From Hyphochytrium catenoides (taxonomy: Eukaryota; Protista; Hyphochytriomycota): a stretch of 64,000 nt of DNA. Positions 25,801 to 36,900 of the stretch are shown here, one piece after another (position 1 is the stretch's first letter; every line of letters starts with the position of its first letter). A model generated the notes under the pieces. The model was not told the origin of the DNA, did no database searches, and was given only the letters and a program-made list of their open reading frames with translations. The stretch spans positions 1 through 64,000 of the forward strand of contig FLMG01000972.1 of assembly GCA_900088475.1 (NCBI GenBank), in the 5' to 3' direction. A program made the position numbers and the translations under genes.

Positions 25801-28800
25801 GGAGTTCATCCCCATTCTTATGGAAGATACGGACATTATTCAATATAGCAGCATGAAGTACTNNNNNNNNNNNNNNNNNNNNNNNNNNNNNNNNNNNNNN
25901 NNNNNNNNNNNNNNNNNTCCTTCCATCTGTCTCAGCAGCACTGCTTTTGGTTGCAACGGGAGGCGAAAGCTTGTGACGTAATCTAACCTTCCACAGCGTA
26001 TTGCGTGACACTGCTGTCTTTGCTCTCCTTTCTCTCGTATAAGGGGCATGACTTGAGTCTCCTTTGGGGTCTCTCTCCTCCTTATTTCTCTCATTTCTCA
26101 CATCTGATAGAATCCTCTCTTTCGATGCCTGTCCAACAGGTCGACACGATGGATTTCACTGCGATACGCGCTGGAGCCTCTGCCGACCTAAAGAGCTTCC
26201 GCCGCCGGGTAATGGAGTATGCGAGATCGATACGAGAAGACAGGAGGAGAGACAGAGCGGCGAGGGTGATCCAAAGAGCAGCGAGGGTGATGCACGCCCG
26301 GATGAAGGTAAGCTGAGAGGAAGATAGAGCAAGTGGTGAGCGAGAGAGAGAAGAGAGTGTGTGTCACACGGAGGCGTCTCCTCTGAGTCTCTTAGTTCCT
26401 TGTAACGAGGGAGACAACGTGTTGCAATTGTCTTTTTTGCAGCTCTGCAACCTGAAACTTAGCTTTCTTGAGAGATGGCCTCTAGACAAGTCGAGTCCCG
26501 CCATTGCTTGCACCTCTTCTCGCATGCTCACGTCTTGTCTCTGTCTGGTCCTGGCCTTAGGTGGCCGAGGAACGTCTCAAGCAGGGGACGTTGGTAGCTC
26601 GCCGTCAGGCCATTCTTCGGACCGTTCTGCAACATCTCTCCCTTTATAACAATAGAACTGCCAAAATCCTGGCAGAGCTCAACCTCGTGCGCGAAGAGTA
26701 TCTTCCGCCCTCTCTTCCCTCTGAGCCATTGATAATAGAAGCCATAGCAGACAGATTCAGGAGGTTTTTGGCCCGAGAAAGAGAGAAGAGAGGGAAAGAG
26801 GACCAAGATAGCAAGATAGACGAGGTCTTCCGAGGGACGGAAAAGAAGGGAGAAGTCTTAAACGTGCCGGTCCCCTTCCTCAACTTTGGCAGGCTTGCGG
26901 ACGAAGTGTCTCTTAGAATAAAGAGAGCGCCTACGCTTCGGATGGCTACTCTACTGGAAGCGCAAGGGAAGATAGAGGCGGCGAAGAGGCTAAGAGAGGA
27001 GGAGTTTGCATGGGAACACCGAGTAAGGAGACAAAGCAGAAAGAAAATAGGAGAACGTCAAGAATAGCCTCCGTACATCGCCCTCTCTCCTTATTTGTGC
27101 TTGTTCCTTTCTTCTTCTGCTGAGCCAATGTTCGTGCCTTTCAACAATTATCTATTAATCTCTTTGTTCTCTCTTTCTCTCTCTCGTCAGCCTTTCCTTT
27201 GGCCTGTTTTCGCCTTTCCTTCATTCTCTCTATGTCCTAACCAGTACCGTCTCGCTCTTCTGATGACCGCGCAGGAGAAGAGGATCCGAGTGGGTGCTTA
27301 TTGCTTTGCTCAGCTTTCTTCTTCTCCTCTCACTCTCTCCGACGGCTGGGCTATTGTCCACAGTCAATGGAAAGATGGTGCCCCTCACTCTTGGGGAGTA
27401 GCCAAATTTCTCTCGGGAGTCGCATTCAATGGAAGGCAGAGGGTGGGCAAACCAGCGGAAACCGGAAAGAAAAGACAGGACCAGGGCGTGGTGTGGGCAG
27501 AGAGAGGAAGCGTGTACGCCAAGTACAAACATATGGCAAAGATGCGGCTTCAAGAGCAACAGGTACCGCTTAAGAGTAGAGAGCTCGTGGTAGAAAGAGG
27601 AAGATGATAGTAAGAGAGATGGGCAACAGAGAGATAGAGAAACATGCACAGATAGGGCAAAGCGAATAAAGATAATGCGAGAGAGGAGAGGGGCGGCTGG
27701 GGAAAGAGCGGAGACATATACATAGAGGAAGCGAGAATGGGCTAGCAGAGGGAAATCAATTGATCAGGAAGAGACACCTTCCCACATCCACATCATCATC
27801 GGCGAGGTCCTTCATACAGCGCAAAGAACTTTAACATGTTTTGCTTGTTTGTCTTCCAGGACAAGCACCAGCGTCTCTCTCTTCAGTTACTCGTGGCGCA
27901 CAGTGAATATGTGAGAGCAAGAGAAAAGGAGGGGCCGACCGGTTATGCCATGAGACATCAGCAGCTGTCACTGCAAGAGGAAGAGCTAAAAGCTGTGTGG
28001 GGTCAATTGGTAGAGGCGAAGAAGTCAGAGCGAGAAGAGATGGAGACACTTCTGGCAGCGGTAAGATTATGCCTTTTCTTTCTTTTTCTGTCCGTCGCTA
28101 CATGCCTGTTCTTCAGCTCTATGGCTTCTCGTCCTCGTTTGCCCTCTTTGTACCCGAGCTCTCTTCAGCATCTCTCGCTATCAGGTTGGATGATGATGAC
28201 TCTTCTCTTTCCTCTTCGTGGCTCTCAGGAGGCAATCGCTGTGGAGAAGCGGAGGAGAGCTATCAAAGAAGTGCTGGAGAGAGCCAGGCTCTTAGGGAGG
28301 TTGCGCGTAGATCCTCCATCTCCTGTCTTTGACTTGAGAGAAGGAGAAATTGCCTCCTTCTCCCTCCCCTTCTATGTCCGTGCCAAGGGCAATATTGAGG
28401 CACAGTGGGACGATGGGAACTGGTATAGAGCACACATCCTATCTCTTCGAAAGGGAGAAGAAGAGGCGCTAGTAGAGTACGAAGATAACGGTAGCAAGGA
28501 GCTCCTCTCTCTCTCCTACAGAGAGGATCTTGAGAGGGAAGGAGGACAGGATAGAGCTCCTAAAGCAGAAGACAAACAGGAGAGAGAGGAGAAAGAGAGA
28601 CCTCCCTCAGAAGAGGGTCATACCGATGAAGAGAGACCAAGGAAGCTGATCTGGAGACCGTGGAGAGCGGAAGGAGCCGTAGAGCTTCTTTGGTCGACTC
28701 CTGAGAGCAACGGGGCTCCCATCTCTTACTACACAGTCCGCTGGGTAAATGACAGTGATAGCTCAGATAGAGGAGAGCTCACTCTCTCTTTCAAAGACTC

Positions 28801-30097
28801 TCTTTGTCCTCCTCCTCCCAAGAAGAGGGAAGAGGAGGAGGCAGTCCGGGAGAGAAAAGCGATGACAGATGTTCCTGGTCACGTAAAGCCCTCTTCTGAT
28901 GAAGAAGAAGAAGAAGATGATGAAGAGTAAGCAAGAGCTGATTGTGTAACTCCTTCCTCCCGTCTCTTCCTCCTTTCTTAGCTTCCAGTCTAGATACGAC
29001 GCAAACGAAACAACTGTTCCCAACCTTTGGCGTCTCTTCTACATGCTGACCTTCCTTCCTCTCTTCTCTCTCTGACAGGCCGCTTGCTGAGCCCATGGAT
29101 GATGATGATGAAGAAGGCGACGGCGACAGGAGAAGAGAAAGAGAGGAGGGGGGAGAAGAGGGGATCTTCTCCCATCACGCTATGGCTTGGCCTCTACGAG
29201 TGGACAACCTCTACACCTTCACCATTACATCCACTAACGCTGAGGGAGAGAGCGAGCCCAGCGCTAAGCTTAGGGCAGTGCAGGCGGAACCGCTAATGTA
29301 TCGGATGGCAGTGACGAGGAAGCAGGAGCAACAAGAGAGAGAGGAGACAGAGAAGAGACTTCGAGACAGGAAGAGAGAGATGGAACTGAGAATCATCATC
29401 AGACAGAAAAGAGAAGAGAGGCGTTGTGAGATCTGCCGCGAGCTGCAGGTAGAGGAAGCACTTCTTACGGCTCTATCGTTTGATCGCACTTGTCCACCTT
29501 CTGCTGCCATCTTCTTTAATTGTATGAGTCTTTCCTCTCTCGTGCACTGTTTAGGATATTCAAATGTACATTTATTTGTGTCTCAAGTGTAAATTTATGT
29601 GTGTGCGTGTCTCTCTCTCCTTCTTCGTCTCACTCTCTCCCTTCCTCTGTCCCTCTTTCTCTTTCTCTTTTTTTCTTTTTTTTGCCCTTTTTCTCTACCT
29701 GTGTCTTGTTCTTCTCTCTCTCCCGCCGACTCTCACGTTCAATCTCACTCTTTTGGTTTAAATTTTCCTTCTCCTGCTTCACCGTCGCCGCTTTGTTGCC
29801 TTCTACCGCCGGTTCTTTCCCTTCCTCCTCTCAAGCCCGACCCAGAGTCAGTGCTGCAGCACGTGCGCACTGCCCACGGCGTGACTTGGGTCTGTCCATT
29901 CTTTCACTGTCGCACGCCCTGCGCCTCTCCAGCCGCCCTCTCCTACCATCTCCGGCACTGCACCGAAACTCTCATGAACGGCTTCGAGAAAGAGGTATCA
30001 AGTCTAGCTAGATATTTATCTAGTTCGCAGTCTCTCTCTCTCCTCTTTCTCTCGCAAAACTCTCCCTCACTCTCTTACTCTCTCTCTCTCTTCTCTG

Positions 30098-30128
<31 letters not shown>

Positions 30129-32759
30129 TGCTTTCTTTTTTCTTTCTTTTTTACCTTCTATCTTTCTTTTTCTCTTTGTCATCCTCTCTCTTTCCTCACC
30201 CTCTTTCTCTCTCTCTTCCTCTCTTTAAATCTTGGTTGTCCTTTCTCTCCTTTTGTCCCCAGAATTTTCCCATCTCTGTTCTCTCTCCTTTTTCTTAGTA
30301 CTCTCCTATCTTTCGACTCCTTCATTCACGTTTTTTGTCGTAGGATGCGGAGATACAGCGGATATTCCAGCTCTCTCGGCAGTATTGCAAGCTCAAACGG
30401 AAACGTCACCTCCCTCCAACTCTCACTGCTGGAGGCCTAGTAGGGAGAGACGAGGAGCATGAGAGAGAAGAAGAGAGAAGGAGGAAGGAAGAAGAGTTTT
30501 ATGATGCGCGCCTAGCTCAGGCTGACGCGGAGGCAGTCAAGCTTTCGCAGGACAGACTTGATAACGCGAAGAGAAGAAGAATTGAGAAGAAGGAGAGGAA
30601 AGACCGGATCCGTCCTCCCCTATTACCCTCCATCCACAAAGTGCGTTGATCATTTTGTTTCTCTACCTCCCTGTCTTCCTTGCTGCTCTCTCATTTCAGT
30701 GAAGCCCTAAGCAACACTCTGGGGATCTCTTTGCTCTCTTCTTCGCCGTTCTTCCTACCCTGAGAGGCTCTTTCCTCTTGCAAACAGGACGATACCCTCC
30801 TGTCCCCCACTTCTGTCTCACCAGAACCTTGCGTTCCTCTCTCTGTCTCCCTTTTCTCTTTCTTTGTCTCTCTTTCGTGTCTCTCTGTCTCTCTCTCTCT
30901 CCTGTCTTGTTCTCAGTTCACCTGCTTTCCCGTTCTGCATCATGTCTTCCTGGGCGCTAGGTGTCGTACACTACTGAGCAAGCTGTTAGAGAAGATTGTA
31001 CGCAAACTGCTGAGGCTCTGGTGGCGGCAGAGAAAGACTTGGAAGCGCTGGGAACGAGTCAGAAGAGAGAGGAGGCCGAACTCGGGTCTGAAAGGAGAAG
31101 GCTTGAGAGCCAACTGCAAGAGTATAGGGCCAAAATGAAGAAGGCAGACGGTGCGATGCCCTTGCTCTTTCCTAATCGTCTTCTTGTTTCCTCCTCTCTT
31201 CCACGGCTCCTCGCTTTCTTCTTCCTCCTTCCCTCATTCTCTTTCTTTCCTACTGCTCGCTCTGCTCGAAGGCTCTCTCTCTCTCTCTCTCTCCCTCTCT
31301 CTCTCTCTCTTTCTCNNNNNNNNNNNNNNNNNNNNNNNNNNNNNNNNNTCTCTCTCTCTCTCTCTCTGTCTGTCTCTCTGTCTGTCCCTCCCCTCCGCCT
31401 GATTCAGGTTCTCCACGTTGCGGATCGACCTCGTCTGCTTTTTTCCTATATGTCTAAATGGCTTGATCTAAGAATATATCCTCTTCTTGTCTACTTTGAA
31501 GGTTATCCGAGTGCCATCTATCTTAGAATAAGCTGCTTGTTGGTTGTCTTCTTTTCCCTTCTATGTTTCCATGGTTCTCCTCCTCTGTGACCTCTTCTTA
31601 CCTCTGGGTTGACATAGGTTGGGAGAGAGAGCGATTCGCTCGCGCCAAGAAAGAGGATACAGAGCGGCTGCAAGACGTGGTTGAGAGGCAAGAGAAAATG
31701 GTGGGAGAGTATGAGAAGAAGCGAACGGAACTAGAGAAGCGGATCGCGAACCTCCGCAAGCAGAGAGAAGCACTAACTGAGCTGTTATCATCAGTCCTCT
31801 CCCTAGTTGAGACACAGGGCAAGGTCTCTCTCTGCACTAGGGAGGTTGAAGAGAGAGAAGAAAGGCACATGAGAGAGATATCTCGCCTGCAGACTCGCCT
31901 AGAGGAGCTCATCGGACTCTCCATAGCAGAGGTGAAAAAGCTCGAGATGTGGGAAACAGACTCTCAACGCAAAAGGCTCCATCTGGACACTCTGCGAGAC
32001 CGGCTTCGGAACCTGCAGATGAGGCGGCGCGCGGAAATCACCGGCATCGCTGAGGAAATGGAGCTGCAAGATGCCTATGATCGCGAGGTCTTCGAAGCGA
32101 TGACGGAGATTGTGCCAGATCTCAACGGAGCGAGAGGGTATTTAGAGAAAAGAAGAGGAGGTAACGGCCCCGGAGATGTGGAAAGGATCCTCTCCAACGA
32201 AGAGAAGGCAGCCATCCAGCAGAAAGAGTTGGAAGCCTTGCGTCAGGCTGTTGTCTCAGAGGAGAAGGAGGATGGAGAGGATGGAAAAGAAGACCATGAC
32301 GAGAGTCCTCTATCGCCTCCTCCCCCGCCGCCGCCGCCACCTCCTCCGCCTCCAGCAGCGGGAGGCCAAGAAACTTTGAAAGAGAGACGCGACGGAGAGG
32401 CTAGAAATCTTCAGCTATCTCCATTTTTAGACGATGGGAGAGACGAAGAAGGAGGAGAGAGAGCAGCCAACAAACGCTTCTACCTCCGTCTGGAGGGAAA
32501 GTTTGATCGCGGTAGGATTGCGGGCCAGGTTTACATCGAGTTCACTGACGGAAGCAAGTTTGAAGGTCCCTGGGAGGAGGATGTGAGCAGCGTGACTCGT
32601 CTCAAAAGAAAGAGGGAAAAAGGCAGCAAAGCCGAGAAGAAGAAAGGAAAGAAGACAGTTCATCACAAGGAAGACGAAGTCTGGGGCAGGTAGTAGGGAC
32701 TTGGTGGATCGGCTGCTCAGCCTTGCCGTGGGCTATCTCTCATTCCCCTTCTCTCATAT

Positions 32760-32790
<31 letters not shown>

Positions 32791-35700
32791 GTGTCCCTCT
32801 TCTTTCCCCCCTCTGTCTCCCTCTGATCCTTCTCTCTCTGTTGCTTACGTGTCATTGGTCAGTAAGCTGACCTCATCTCACTTGTCTACATGTGCAGGTG
32901 GACCACACCTTCCGGAGACACTTGGGAAGGACTGACAGTTGACAACCACTTTTGCCCAGAGGAGGCACAAGGGGACTTTCTTCTAACCAGAGCGAATGGT
33001 GACCAGTACGATGGCTCGTTCTTTGATGGAAAGGAGAGCGGTTTTGGCACTCTCCTTTTTGGGAAAGAGACACAAGAGAACGACAGACTTGCAAGAAGAA
33101 AGAGCTCTCTTGTCCCCTCTTCTTCCCTTGCCAGTTCGGGGGAATACTTTGGAGAGTGGCAGAGAGGCAAGAGACATGGTTATGGCGTACAGATTCTCTC
33201 CAATGGTGAGAGATATGAGGGAGAATGGCAGGAGGGAAGACCACATGGGAAAGGGAAGATTGTCTTCCCAGATGGCTCCTTCTATGAGGGAGAATATCAA
33301 GCAGGAAGATGGAGTGGGAGAGGAAAGAGAGTTTGCGCCAATGGGGACACCTACATAGGCGAGTTCTTAGGGGGAGAAAAACACGGAGAAGGAGAGATGA
33401 AGTACGCAGATGGAACAGTGTACGTTGGCGCCTTCTCTCATGACCAGAGACATGGGCCTTTCTCCGTCATGAAGTATGCGGATGGAAGTCGGTATGAGGG
33501 GCCCTTCAGAGAAGACATGGAAGAGGGAGAGGGCACTCTTTTCTATAAGGAGAAGATAGGCAAAAGTGGAAAAAAAGAGGAGGTTCTCTCTCGAAAAGGA
33601 GTTTGGGAGAAAGGAGCTCTTGTTCGCTGGCTAACTCACCCCATCAGCAGAGAGCTTACGCTGACCTTCGTACAGAATTTCGGGGTCATCAGGCAGGTGG
33701 GAGCCAGGGGAGTCTTTGAGTTTGAGGTGGACCGAAAGCGTCTCCGCTCCGCTTTTTCTCTCCTTGTGGCCTCCAAGCTCCCCGAGCTACCTCCTGGAGT
33801 TGACAAGAGAGATCCCTTCGTTCGGGCCATTGTGCTGCACTTAGCAGCTGCGGAGGAGGAGATGACCGGCTCAAACACGCTAAAGAAAGTGGTTGAGAGG
33901 GCGACAATAGCTGAGGAAGAAGAGAGGCGTGCTGAAGAAGAAGAAGCATCTCTCGCTCTCCAGCGAAAGGAAGCGGAGGCCAGGCTTAGAGAGGCAGAAG
34001 AGCGGCTGCAGGAGGCAACGGACGAGCATGATGCTCTGGTCGGCCGAGAAAGGTACCTGCAAGGAGAGATTGCCATGTTCTGGAAGCGAGACCCGAAGGT
34101 AAGCGTTGAAATAGACTGATGACAGTTCCATTCCGCTGTCGTGTCTGATTAGACTGAGTAGCTAAGCCTAGGATTTGTCTCATATCTGGACCTCTCCCAT
34201 TGTCTCTTCATCACTTTTGCCCTTTCACTCCTTGACGGCGCCTTTGGTTTCATTCCCAGGGCTACGTCAGGGCCTATGAGGAAGCTGCTAAAAGTCTCAG
34301 AGAAGTCAAGCACTCGGAGTGGGAAAAGGTCGGTTCAGTCCTTACGTCTTGCTCTTAAAGCGCTGCGACTACCCTGTTTCTTCTGAGATGTGCCTCCACC
34401 ATCGCTCCTTTCCTTACATGGGATATGGAACTAACAAGTCTGATCGGTGTACAGCTTCACAACCCTTTCCTGACGCTTAAAGTCCTCCTTTATCACCTTT
34501 CAGCCACTTCCAGCCTCGTAATATTCTCACCTCTCCCTCTCTTTTGCTTGAATTAGCTTAAAGAGGCGCCGGATAAGTGGCCCCAGGTGCTCCGTGATGT
34601 CCTCTACGGAGTCTGCATACTTCTGAACTACACACGGGAAGTTTACCTCCACGGCAAGCCATACAAGCCCTCTCCAACCGAACTCCTTATGATTGTGGCG
34701 GACTCTGAGGAAAATGTGGAGCTGGTCAGAGAGATAGTGCTAGAGCCTTGCAGATTCACAGTCACTTCTTAGTTGCCTCTGTGCCTTGTCTTCATTCTTC
34801 CTCTTACCTTCTCCCTCATCCCCTGGCGCTCTTACTCTCCTCCCTTACTCGACATAATTGGCTGACGCAAGTGTGCTGCCTCCTCTCTCTCATCGCTTCA
34901 GGGTGACCTTGAGGGCTTAATACACCATTACCCTGTGAAGGCAGTGTACCTTCTCCCGCTCTTTGATCCTTACTCCTTCTCTTTCGGCGCGAGGAAGAAG
35001 ATGCTTGACAGAGTGGCTCAGATTGTGCATAACCCTAAGATCAGACCCAACAATCTTAGCATGACTAAGATCTCCATGGCGGCCTCGGCTCTAACGCTCT
35101 GGCTCAGAGCAGCATTTGCATACGCCTCTGCAGCCTGTAAAATGGCCCCTTATCAGCGAGAGATAGAGCAAATCCAGTTTAAGGTCCCTAGGAAAGTCAG
35201 AGAGAAAGAGGAAAGAGAACATGAAGTGGAAGAGCAGAAGCTTTTTCTGCAGGAGATTGCAGCACGACAAAAAGGCTTCGAGGAGACGGTGAAGAGCTGC
35301 AAAAAAGAGAGGGAAAGCGCCGAAGCTGTTCTTCGCGAGGTAAGCTCAGCCTGGACGATAAGGCCAAGAGGAGCGACAACTAGAAGGAGCCTTTTTCTCT
35401 CTCTCGCTTTCGGTCTTTCCTGTTGATTTTTGATTGACGTTCATTATCTATTTACTGCCATCTTGTATCCGATCTTAGGCTGAAGAACTCCAGAAGGCAG
35501 ACAAGTCGGGCCTACCGCGGATTATTCGAAAGGATGCTCTAGACTCCAAGGATTTCACGCAGCAGCTCTACGATGAGGACCTGAGGAAGATTGAGGAGGA
35601 GAAAGAAAGGGAGAGACAGAGACAGCGAGAGATAATGGCCTCTCAGAAAGACAAATGGCAGGCTCTGAAGGTCAATGTGCGCATCCTCCTCCGAGCTCGA

Positions 35701-36822
35701 GGAGGAAAAGTGAAGATGTCAGACTTTCTCGTCCTCTATGCAGAGCAGTTCCAAGAGCGCTTTGATGTTTCTTCCTTTGGCTATAAACGGCTGAGAGACG
35801 TCTTGGAGCAGATCAATGATGCTTGCGAGGTGAAAAGGGTCGAAGGTGAAGAAGACGGGGACAAGAAGAGAAAAGATGGTAGAACAGAGGCAGGAGAAGA
35901 AGGTTGGGATGACTATGTTCTCCTCAAAGAAGCCAATGTTCTCCGCTCCTACAGCTGCAAACTCTGCTTAGGGATGGAGTTCGATACTATTAACGGTCTT
36001 CGAAGACACATCCGCACCAAGTGGCACGCTGCTAACATGCAGAGAGAACGAGAAGGGGCAAGAAAGGCAGGACAAAAGGGAGAAGGAAGAGAAGGCGGAA
36101 AAGAGCTTATTGCTTTCTCTCCATCCTGGGTTATGTGGAAGGAGACATACGATGACGGAAGTCTGGAAGTTATTTATAGAAATGGAAGCACCGGGGAGAT
36201 CAGAACTGAGAGACCAGAAGAGATGGACTTCCATGAAGTTAACTGGGTCTTTTCAGAGGAAGAGGTGGAAATGGAGCTGAGTAGAATGCTCTACAGGGGA
36301 GCGGATGGAGAGAAAGAAGGAGGTAAGGAAGAAGAGGCAGTGGTCCAGGGTGAGGACGATGGGGTTCAGGTCGGTGCAGAAGAGAAGGGATTGCCCACGA
36401 CTTCGGACAGTTCTGATCCTCCTCTTCCTTCGGGCTGGATAAAAGTCGTTCTACCGCCAGAAAATGGTGGTGGAGAGATAGCAGCAGGAGAAGGAGGCGC
36501 AGAAGCCGCCTACTACTATAACGAGCAAACAGGCGTCTCACAATGGGAGTTGCCGACGATGACAGACGCAATGCACACTACTAGCGAAGAAGGGCCAGAA
36601 GTGGGACAGGACGGAAGATCAAAGGAACCCGATGTAGCAGAGAAAGCGATCTCCTGGCCGGATTCTAGTTCTCCGGGCTTGGCTCCATCGTCAGGTCCCC
36701 TGTATCAACAGCAAGGGACAGAAGATCCGGGAGGGCAGTGGCCTCTGGGCAGTGGCCCGGAGCCTGTTTGGACATGGCAAGAGCTAGATGAAGCGATGGT
36801 GCCAGCGCTCCCTCCCGCTTGA
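16887..36822 (+). CDS. Giant multidomain scaffold (~40 exons, roughly 4,000 aa): LRR_CC - IQ - Sfi1-like repeats - IQ - KOW/SH3-like - FN3 with nested Tudor - C2H2 ZnF - coiled coil - polyPro - MORN - dynein stalk/MTBD - LOTUS - ZnF - WW
   Basis: Most exon junctions were checked by hand and join via GT-AG introns with consistent phases, from MASGPTKPSG to ...VPALPPA* (36822). Continuity across the N gap at 25863-25917 cannot be verified, and a few short LRR exons (19.1-20.3 kb) were not fully phased. Confidence 0.8.
18100..21800 (+). other. Cys-containing leucine-rich repeats (FBXL/AMN1-type) of the giant protein
   Basis: NLSHLDLSRC, LSSFRLSGCDFV, LTVLDISECHNI, LRLLNVSGC, ANLSYCTKITDQG, LQTLDISFCSLVT, LRSLRLSQCPHL, LYDLDVSGCKEL, LERLDLSGCQTIT, LIELNLWGCSEVS. 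Confidence 0.85.
22440..24005 (+). other. Sfi1-like (centrin-binding) repeat region of the giant protein
   Basis: About 10 helical units resembling A-x7-LL-x3-F-x2-W[KR]: ALAFSRHSALRSAFRQWKRR, AVLFWKKRRVPHLLSAWRAL, RRILFKRWKR, QFRYFRRWRE, ALAFFRQRAEKDSVRRWKQF, FHRTLCNTFKAWRT, AKRWQEKELKRLLKTW. Confidence 0.7.
24315..24950 (+). other. IQ calmodulin-binding motif cluster (further IQ motifs at ~21990-22370 and ~26255-26307)
   Basis: LQAFWRG, FQTIWRG, IQALWRR, VQRVVRGFLGR, LQAAYRG; also IQAAWRGY and IQRAAR. Confidence 0.85.
32475..33625 (+). other. MORN repeats of the giant protein
   Basis: YFGEWQRGKRHGYGVQILSNGERYEGEWQEGRPHGKGKIVFPDGSFYEGEYQAGRWSGRG...YIGEFLGGEKHGEGEMKYADG. Confidence 0.95.
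33900..35340 (+). other. Dynein-heavy-chain-like stalk (CC1 - microtubule-binding domain - CC2) with no AAA+ motor
   Basis: YEEAAKSLREVKHSEWEKLKEAPDKWPQVLRDVLYGVCILL ... LPLFDP...IVHNPKIRPNNLSMTKISMAASALTLWLRAAFAYASAACKMAPYQREIEQ, flanked by coiled coils. It parallels the dynein consensus AxxALxxLxKxDIxELKxxxxPPxxVxxVxxAVCILL...FD...NPxF...SxAAxxLCxWVxAxxxY...VxP. Confidence 0.75.
35650..36555 (+). other. C-terminal LOTUS/OST-HTH domain, matrin/U1-type C2H2 finger, degenerate WW and WW domain
   Basis: LKVNVRILLRARGGKVKMSDFLVLYAEQFQERFDVSSFGYKRLRDVLEQI (LOTUS: Y...F....D...FGY..L..LL); YSCKLCLGMEFDTINGLRRHIRTKWH; LPSGW...YYYNEQTGVSQWELP. Confidence 0.8.
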
Positions 36823-36900
36823 CAGAGTCCTACGATACCCGACCATAGTTCTAGACTCTTCATAAGTGTCAACTGATAGCCTTCAACTTGGTTAATGCAC

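Noticed and set aside
28061-28228. Apparent hydrophobic/TM segments inside giant-gene ORFs (also 20847-21038 and 24954-25182)
   Set aside because: They are stop-free pyrimidine-rich introns bounded by GT...AG, and removing them restores the domains.
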